Of a DNA stretch of 64,000 nt, positions 57,321-64,000 are shown one piece after another (position 1 is the stretch's first letter; each line of letters opens with the position of its first letter). Where the stretch lies: positions 1 through 64,000 of the forward strand of contig JAVVEA010000009.1 of NCBI GenBank assembly GCA_032250835.1. Direction: 5' to 3'. Position numbers and translations under genes: made by a program. The notes below the pieces were generated by a model. The model was not told where the DNA came from, did not search any database, and saw nothing but the letters and a program-made list of their open reading frames with translations. This DNA comes from a bacterium. Lineage in GTDB: Bacteria > SAR324 > XYD2-FULL-50-16.

Positions 57321-57557
57321 GTACCGCCTGGGTAGGGAGCAAAGCAAGGGGGCACTAAGGCCCAAAAGATGCTGGGCTTATTTTACCGCTTGGGCCCGGC
57401 GGGTCAACCTATTTGTGGGTTGTTGCAGAGCCTCGAAGAATAAAAGGCGCTCTGTGTTTTGGCCGTTTTTAGGCCGAATGATTTCTGTTCAAGTAGGAAA
57501 ATTGTGATGATACTAATGCGTAGTTGTTGGGATAACACCTCTGTTTTGAAAGTAGAT

Positions 57558-57878
57558 TTGAGATCCGCGATATTTTTTAAAGTGCGGTTGTTTGTGGCCC
57601 TCATGTTGATTGTCATGTTATTGAGCGGTTGCAAAGATTCCGCTGGCGATACCACCGCTCCCGACGGCACGGGCACCGATACTGCCACCACTACCGATAC
57701 CGGTACGACCACGACCACCGGCGATAGCGCAGCTGACACGACCACGACCACCGGCGATAGCGCAGCTGACACGACCACGACGACCAGCGATAGCACCACC
57801 TCAACTTCCACTACAGCCGCCCCGTCGAGCCTTTATGGTGCGGCTGTTTATGGAACCTCATTTTATGTAGCAAGATGA
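57558..57878 (+). CDS. Thr-rich lipoprotein
   Basis: Lipobox LSGC, TTTTTGDSAAD repeats and C-terminal YGAAVYGTSFY; start inferred. Confidence 0.7.
   Translation: MRSAIFFKVRLFVALMLIVMLLSGCKDSAGDTTAPDGTGTDTATTTDTGTTTTTGDSAADTTTTTGDSAADTTTTTSDSTTSTSTTAAPSSLYGAAVYGTSFYVAR
57705..57794 (+). repeat. 33-bp coding tandem repeat (2 perfect units + partial)
   Basis: acgaccacgaccaccggcgatagcgcagctgac at 57705 and 57738. Confidence 0.9.
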
Positions 57879-58435
57879 TGAAACCGTTTATAAGTTTCTT
57901 GGCCCTTTTTGGGCTACTTTTGGCCAACCTTCAAGCAGCGGTACCCCATACTTTAAGTAATGGCCAGAAGGTCGATGCGACGCAGTTAAACGAAAACTTT
58001 GCCGCCAACGCCAAACGGTGGGTTTTTAAAAACAATGGGGTTCTGTTAGGCGATGTGATCGCTAACGGTGATTTTGTCAGTTCCCAGGGGTATATCGGGA
58101 AGATTCAGCGCGATTCAAATTATACTGGCCAGCCAGGAGGAAATAAATTTTCTATTTTCTTCAGTTCCACTGATTGTTCGGGAACCAAGTACAACTACAC
58201 AGGTTACGCTGGCTGGGTAGTCCTAGGATCTGATGGGACTTCTTATTACCTAAAATGGAACGATCAAGTCACGGGGCTGGCCTATAAAAGCTCCAGGGTG
58301 TTGGATGGGTCTTGTACTTCACTGCCTGGAAACACCACCATTTATTTTATGCAGCCCATGTATATTAATGACGTTACCGTCACCGGCGTACCTAATTACC
58401 CCCTCTCGGGCCCCATCACGCTAGTCAAAGAATAA
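57875..58435 (+). CDS. Secreted hypothetical protein
   Basis: Signal peptide, VPHTLSNGQKVDATQLNENF motif and a Tyr/Gly/Ser-rich beta domain. Confidence 0.75.
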   Translation: MMKPFISFLALFGLLLANLQAAVPHTLSNGQKVDATQLNENFAANAKRWVFKNNGVLLGDVIANGDFVSSQGYIGKIQRDSNYTGQPGGNKFSIFFSSTDCSGTKYNYTGYAGWVVLGSDGTSYYLKWNDQVTGLAYKSSRVLDGSCTSLPGNTTIYFMQPMYINDVTVTGVPNYPLSGPITLVKE

Positions 58436-58439
58436 CGCC

Positions 58440-58649
58440 TCAGTCTTGCACTTCCTTGATTTTGACGAAGTCGGTCAGGTCGCCATGGTACTTGATGCCG
58501 CCCTGGCCGCGGAACTTGGTGGTCTGGCCACAATGGGGGCAGACTGCCTCGTAAAATACGTTGGCGTAAAGCAAGCCGCCGTGCTGGATATCAAAGGTTT
58601 TGGCGCATTCAGGCTGGGCGCATTTTAGTTCCGAAACCAAAGCCGACAT
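58440..58649 (-). CDS. Small Zn-ribbon-like protein
   Basis: CAQPEC and CPHCG; GGAGA RBS. Confidence 0.65.
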   Translation of the reverse strand: MSALVSELKCAQPECAKTFDIQHGGLLYANVFYEAVCPHCGQTTKFRGQGGIKYHGDLTDFVKIKEVQD

Positions 58650-58885
58650 AACAAGTCTCCAATTGGGTTGATGGGGCGATTTAAACGCTGCATTACTTTA
58701 TCTTAATATTACCGGTTCCGCTAGTCCGGCAGTTGATTAAAGCCCAGGATTCCCCAGGGGATTGTGGCCACGCCGGTTCATCTTTTCGCGGCTTTGCATC
58801 TACCCAAGGGGCTGATTCTGTGGCAACCTGTGGCCAAAGCAAAGGTTTAAATCGGGGCGCAATCCAACATTTGGGGCGGTAATCA

Positions 58886-60037
58886 ATGGCACCACAGGGT
58901 AAGAAAACACAGAACCAAAGCCTGATCCTACAGGTCTTCACCCAAGCCGGGTGGCAGGGGGTTTTGATCTTGGTGGTGGGCCTAAGCGCCCGCGCTTGGC
59001 CCGACGCCTTTTGGCCCATTTTGGTGTTGGCCTTAGCGCTGGGCCTGTTGGGTGGCTATCTGCAATGGAAACGCCTGCAAATCGCCCTAGGCACCGATCC
59101 GGCCCACCTAGGCGAGATCACCACCAAAATGTCCGAAGGGAACTTAGCCGCGAGCTTTGGCCTAAAAAAGGGCGCTAAACCCACCGGCCTGGTGGCCAAT
59201 TTATTGACCATCCGCAACACCTTTAAAGACGGAATCAAGGGGGTCTTGAAGGGAGCCCAGGAAGTGAGCCAGCAGGCCGACGAACTAGGGCACGGCATCG
59301 GGCGGATCGAAGCGGGGGCCGTGGCGGTGGAGCGCTCCTTGGCCCAGTCGGTTTCAAAGTTGGGCCAGATGGAGCAGGCCAGCCAAAGTGCCTTGGCCCA
59401 AGCCGAACAGTTGATGCAACGGGTGCGCGATACCCAAGGCTTGATGAACCAAGCCAAGCGCCACGCCGAAGAAGGAAGCGAGATCATGGGCCGCACCGGG
59501 GCCTCGGTACAGTCAATCGCCCAGGGAATGGAGCAGGTCACCCAGTTTATCGCCCGGATCAAACAGATCAGCAACCAAACCAACCTACTCAGCCTCAACG
59601 CCGCCATCGAAGCCGCCAAAGCCGGCGAGCAGGGCAAGGGCTTTGGGGTCGTCGCCGATTCGGTCAAGTCACTAGCCAACCAAAGCGCCCAGGTAACCGA
59701 ACAGATCGAAGCCGTAATCGAGCGCAACCAGCGCGAGGTGGAACAAGGCGTCGCGATCATCAACGAACAGACCGAAACCTTCCGCCGGATCGTTGAACAG
59801 GTAATCGCCGCCAGTGCCCAGATGGACGCGACCACCCAGCAATCCTCTAGCCTAACCCAAGGCATCGCCGAGGTCCAAAAGCAGTCCGTTGCTTTAGCGG
59901 CTCAGTCGGGCGAAAACCAAGCCGCCTTGGCAGAATTGCGCCATCAGGTAGATATAGGCGAGCGAGCCTGCGGCAACTTAGAGCAATTGGCCCGGGACTT
60001 AGTTCAGGGGTTTTCTCGTTTTAAGCTGGATCGGTAA
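58886..60037 (+). CDS. Methyl-accepting chemotaxis protein
   Basis: Two TM helices and [27 protein letters not shown]. Confidence 0.92.
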   Translation: MAPQGKKTQNQSLILQVFTQAGWQGVLILVVGLSARAWPDAFWPILVLALALGLLGGYLQWKRLQIALGTDPAHLGEITTKMSEGNLAASFGLKKGAKPTGLVANLLTIRNTFKDGIKGVLKGAQEVSQQADELGHGIGRIEAGAVAVERSLAQSVSKLGQMEQASQSALAQAEQLMQRVRDTQGLMNQAKRHAEEGSEIMGRTGASVQSIAQGMEQVTQFIARIKQISNQTNLLSLNAAIEAAKAGEQGKGFGVVADSVKSLANQSAQVTEQIEAVIERNQREVEQGVAIINEQTETFRRIVEQVIAASAQMDATTQQSSSLTQGIAEVQKQSVALAAQSGENQAALAELRHQVDIGERACGNLEQLARDLVQGFSRFKLDR

Positions 60038-63000
60038 AGCCCAGGCGCTCTAGGACCTCTAACAGGGCTTCGGACCGTAAGGGTTTCACCAGATGGCTGT
60101 CGAGGGCCGCCCCACGGGCGGACAGTTCTTCTGCCGAAAAGGAGGTGAGCGCCACAACCTTGGGCTGTGGGCCCTCTAATTGGCGGATTGCGGCGGTGGC
60201 GTCGATTCCGTCTAAGATGGGCATGTCGATATCCATCAAGACCAAATCAAAGGCCGCAGCCTTGACCTGCTCTACCGCAGCGCGCCCATCACCGACCATC
60301 TCAAAAGCCAGACCCAAATCACGTAGTACCTTGCTGGTTGAAATCTGATGCAGCATGCTGTCTTCGGCCACCAATAGACGAAGCCCCCCTAACCCTTGGG
60401 CCCGAGGTAGGGCTTTGGATAATTCGGGCCCTCGGCCCAAGGGCAAGGTAAAGCTGAAGAGGCTGCCTTTACCTAATTCACTAAAGGCTTCGATCTTCCC
60501 CCCGTTTTTCTCGATAAATTCACGGCACAAGATCAGGCCAAGCCCGGTGCCGGTCTCGTTGTTGGTGCCCCTCGAACTGCGTAGGTTTCCGGCGATGGAA
60601 AAGAGGTTGCTCAGTCGATCATGGGTCATGCCTACCCCATTGTCGCGCACCAAGACTTCTAATTGCCCCTTACGCTTTTTTGTTTCTAGCTGGATCTGAC
60701 CGCCCGCAGCGGTGTACTTGAGGGCGTTGCCCAAGAGGTTACGGATCACGGTGGTGATCATGGCGGGGTCCCCAAAGGCATAGTGGTCCGGCTCCGCCAC
60801 ATAATTCAGCTGAATTTGCTTCTGGTCTGCTGGGCCTTGGAGCAAATGTAGGTTTTCTTCGATCGCTTGGTTGATCGGGAAGCTTACCGGCTCGAAGGTG
60901 AGTTGTCCGCTCTGGCTATTCGCCCAGGTCAGCAGGTTTTCGAGCAGTTCGTAGGTCTGTTTGGTGCTGCGGGCTACGCCCTCCAGCATGGGTTCGCTTA
61001 AGTCGGAGGGCTGGCTTATCACCTCGTTAAAGATCACCGAAAGACTGCCGATGGGCCCACGTAGGTCGTGGGAAATGATCGAAAAAAACTTGTCTTTGGT
61101 GCGGTTCGCCTCATCCAATTCGGCGGTCCGCTGGTCCACTTGGCGCTCCATGGTCTGGTAAAGCAGCGCGTTTTCGAGCGAAATGGCTGCCTGGGAGCTG
61201 AGCATGTTAAGCACCTGCAAACGGGTGGGCGTAAAGGCCCCAAAGAGTAAATTATTCTCTAGGTACAATAAGCCCACCAACCGCCCATGAGAAATAATGG
61301 GCGCACTTAAGATCGATTTGACCTGATGCTTTTGGATGTAGGGATCACTTAAAAAACGGTGGTCTTTCAGCGCATCGGCTAACACCACATGTTGCTTGGC
61401 ACGGGCCACATACCGCAGCACCGAAATACTGGCTTCGTCGAAGCGTTCTAAAGCAATCCCCTCTTGGGAGCCGCCGCTTAACTTTCCTTCGGCATCATAA
61501 CAGGCCTGGACCAGCATTTGCCCGTTACGTTCTAATGCCAAGACGGCCTTTTGGGCCCCCCCGGCTTCCAGCAATATCTTCATCAACCGCTCGATCAGCG
61601 ATTCCAATTTAATCTCACTAGAAATGGCCAGTGAGGCTTGGATCACCGCATTTAGGTCCAAGGACTGACTGCTAGACCCGCTGCTGCTATGCCCTTGGCT
61701 GGTGTTAAATAGCGCTGGGGAGCGGGTCTCGCCAAGACCTCGGGGGTGGACCTCTAAAACGGATTCTAGTTGGTTGGCCAAGAGTTTGGCTTTAGCGACC
61801 GCACCCAGTTGCTCGTACCGGGACTTGGCCAAAAGGGCCAACGGAGCGGAAAAGGTGTTTTGGCCTAATTTTAGGTAAAAATGGGCGGCCCGTTCCAGTA
61901 TGATGGCCTCTTCAAGACCGTTTTCCTGCCGGCGCACCGCCTGGATCGCTTGGTCGTAGTATTCGCGGGCCTGGGCTAGCTGGCCCCCAATGCGCGACAT
62001 TTCAGCCTGGATCAAGGCGCAGCGGTGTAGGTGCGTTTCGGGCACGGCCTCAGCGCATTTTTGGAGCTTCTTGAGCGATTTTTTGATCGCCTTGAGTAGC
62101 AGGGGCGAGCCATCGCGCTCAAACAACATCAGCCGGATCAAGGCGGAGTAAAAGGCCGAAAGGGTGACCAAGGGGGTCGCCATGATCCCTTCGACGTTGC
62201 CTTCTAGTTTTTCACAGGCCTTTAATGCCTCGTCATATTCTTCATACAAAAAGCCCAAAAGAGCCTTGAAGCATTGCAAATATCCAGCTTCGGCCGAGGC
62301 GTGTTGGTGTCCGGCTTCTTCATCGTAAATCAGGCCCCGCAGGCGGGCGGGCTCTTCAGGTTTTAGGCGTAGGTTGGCCATGGTTTGGTGCAACATCTTA
62401 GCGACCGAAGCGGCGGCATTGTCCTGTTGCAGCGTTTCATGGGTTTCGCTCATCTGCGACTCAATCAAATCAAAGGGGCGGCCCATAAAAAAGCCCCAGG
62501 CACCGCGCCCTAACGCGCCCCAAGCGGCCTCATACAAAAAACCCGTCTCTAAGCCTTTCTGGTATGCGACCATAAAGTCGTCTACATACCCAGCTAAGGG
62601 CTCCTGCCAATGGCGCAGGAAGTTGCAGAATATGTAATTAACATGCGGCTCGAAGCTCTTACCGTCTTTGACCTTATCGACCATCGAGAGGGCCAACTTG
62701 CCGAAGCGGTAGCCGCCCTTCCAGTCGCCTAAAACCCCGCTTAGGGTGATCCCAAAAGCGGCGTAGCCAAAGAGCGATACGGCGTTGTTGCCAAATTTGA
62801 GGCTCAAGAAGACCTCTTTGAGCACAAACAGCGGGAATAGATTCGAGCCCAACCTAAAGGCATCTGGCACCATGGTGGTGATCAGCAACATCGCCCGGAT
62901 CTTGTTGGGGTCGCTCATCTGCGGCAGGTCGGCCAAGTCCTCGATGCGGTGGCTACGCAAGGCCAACTTGGTTTTAATCAGGCTAGAAAGGATATGCGGG

Positions 63001-64000
63001 GGCTTGGGGTTTTTCGGGAACACCACGCCTAAGGACCTAAGCACCTCTAAGCCCAAGGTAAGAACCCGTTCGGGCTGGTAGCGGCCCCGGGCGACCATCA
63101 TCAGGGTGATGTGAAGCTCCAGCGCATCCAGGCGGTTTTTAGCTTTGGCGATTCCCTGGTCGGCGACTGCCTCGGCCTCGTCGAGCCGCCCACATAAAAA
63201 GGCCGAATCGGCCAAACCTTCGGCCAGCGCCAAGCGAACCCCGTAACCGCTCTGCCAATGAGCTTCTCCCAACAGCGCCGACCCAGCGCTAAAATACTGG
63301 TAGGCCGAAGTGAAGGCCGCCGAATCTTTGGCGCGGCGGCCTGCTTGTAGGTTGATTTGGGCCAATTGGAGCCGCTCTTCTTCAGAGGAGATCAGATCAC
63401 GGCCCAGGTTCAGTTGGTTGGCCACCGCAAAGGGGTTGTCCACCTGTCGGCTGTCGGCTTGGCTCTTGAGCAACTGGCTGCCAATACGGTAGTGGGCTTG
63501 CTGGCGTTCACCTTCACCTAAGGTCGAGTAAACCGCCTCTTGCAGGCGATCATGTACAAAAACGCAGTGGTTGTCGCTGCCAAATTCTTCGTCAACACTT
63601 GAGGCGATCAAGTGGTACTCGGCACCGACCGGCGCGATCACCCCTTCGAGAATGGCGATTTCCAAGCCCTTGACAATCTCGCTTAAGGGCTCTTTGGTGG
63701 CCGCGCGCAGGCTGGCTAGATCAAAGCGGGTGCCTACGCAGGCAGCGTATTGCAGTAGACGCTGGGTCCCTTCGGGCAAGAAGCGAATCTTTTGGGTTAA
63801 AAAGGACACCACATTCTCGGTCGCCTCTTGGGAGGTTACGGCCTTTAACTTCCAATCCCACCGGTGGTCGGTTTCATTAAAATAGACCGTCCCCTGCTGG
63901 GCCAATGCGGTTAAAAACTGACGGGTAAAAAAGGCGTTGCCCTGGGTTTTTTCTTTGAGCGCCTGGGCCAGTGCCAGTACTTCGTCTGGCGGCCTCAAGA
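60021..64000 (-). CDS. Large AAA-ATPase/TPR-GAF-histidine kinase-REC hybrid (5' end outside window)
   Basis: [22 protein letters not shown] (LYLENN), SHDLRGP, GTGLGL and LVLMDIDMP; the frame is open to the window edge. Confidence 0.9.
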   Translation of the reverse strand, partial: LRPPDEVLALAQALKEKTQGNAFFTRQFLTALAQQGTVYFNETDHRWDWKLKAVTSQEATENVVSFLTQKIRFLPEGTQRLLQYAACVGTRFDLASLRAATKEPLSEIVKGLEIAILEGVIAPVGAEYHLIASSVDEEFGSDNHCVFVHDRLQEAVYSTLGEGERQQAHYRIGSQLLKSQADSRQVDNPFAVANQLNLGRDLISSEEERLQLAQINLQAGRRAKDSAAFTSAYQYFSAGSALLGEAHWQSGYGVRLALAEGLADSAFLCGRLDEAEAVADQGIAKAKNRLDALELHITLMMVARGRYQPERVLTLGLEVLRSLGVVFPKNPKPPHILSSLIKTKLALRSHRIEDLADLPQMSDPNKIRAMLLITTMVPDAFRLGSNLFPLFVLKEVFLSLKFGNNAVSLFGYAAFGITLSGVLGDWKGGYRFGKLALSMVDKVKDGKSFEPHVNYIFCNFLRHWQEPLAGYVDDFMVAYQKGLETGFLYEAAWGALGRGAWGFFMGRPFDLIESQMSETHETLQQDNAAASVAKMLHQTMANLRLKPEEPARLRGLIYDEEAGHQHASAEAGYLQCFKALLGFLYEEYDEALKACEKLEGNVEGIMATPLVTLSAFYSALIRLMLFERDGSPLLLKAIKKSLKKLQKCAEAVPETHLHRCALIQAEMSRIGGQLAQAREYYDQAIQAVRRQENGLEEAIILERAAHFYLKLGQNTFSAPLALLAKSRYEQLGAVAKAKLLANQLESVLEVHPRGLGETRSPALFNTSQGHSSSGSSSQSLDLNAVIQASLAISSEIKLESLIERLMKILLEAGGAQKAVLALERNGQMLVQACYDAEGKLSGGSQEGIALERFDEASISVLRYVARAKQHVVLADALKDHRFLSDPYIQKHQVKSILSAPIISHGRLVGLLYLENNLLFGAFTPTRLQVLNMLSSQAAISLENALLYQTMERQVDQRTAELDEANRTKDKFFSIISHDLRGPIGSLSVIFNEVISQPSDLSEPMLEGVARSTKQTYELLENLLTWANSQSGQLTFEPVSFPINQAIEENLHLLQGPADQKQIQLNYVAEPDHYAFGDPAMITTVIRNLLGNALKYTAAGGQIQLETKKRKGQLEVLVRDNGVGMTHDRLSNLFSIAGNLRSSRGTNNETGTGLGLILCREFIEKNGGKIEAFSELGKGSLFSFTLPLGRGPELSKALPRAQGLGGLRLLVAEDSMLHQISTSKVLRDLGLAFEMVGDGRAAVEQVKAAAFDLVLMDIDMPILDGIDATAAIRQLEGPQPKVVALTSFSAEELSARGAALDSHLVKPLRSEALLEVLERLGFTDPA

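Noticed and set aside
10154-63885. Numerous short antisense or overlapping ORFs in the track
   Set aside because: They are shadow frames of well-supported GC-rich genes.

Overview
Bacterial chromosomal window, mostly GC-rich with AT-richer accessory patches; the taxon cannot be fixed from sequence alone. The core is a hydrogen-oxidation region. It has a sigma54-type promoter driving hupE/ureJ-hypA-hypB, a membrane-bound [NiFe] hydrogenase with the six-cysteine O2-tolerance signature (small subunit, large subunit, cytochrome b, protease), hypF-hypC-hypE, a HypX split into two genes and hypD. It also has an H2-sensing set (HoxJ kinase, HoxB/HoxC sensor hydrogenase, NtrC-type HoxA). The rest encodes hybrid histidine kinases, chemoreceptors, transporters, aconitase, thioredoxin, ArsR-gshB, a pentaheme cytochrome and two toxin-antitoxin pairs. 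The most unusual signal is a RAYT-like Y1/HUH transposase (2516-3175) bracketed by a ~24-bp motif (about AATCAGGTGACAGYATACCTATTT). The motif recurs across the window at the edges of accessory genes. It supplies the TGA stop of three of them and marks where one is truncated, which suggests an HUH-driven, integron-like gene-cassette system. Also notable: a rod-like ncRNA candidate (~24795-24941), a long hairpin leader ahead of the hydrogenase operon, a diverged duplicate of the hoxC 3' end beyond hicAB, and a broken LamG-YfhO fusion gene.
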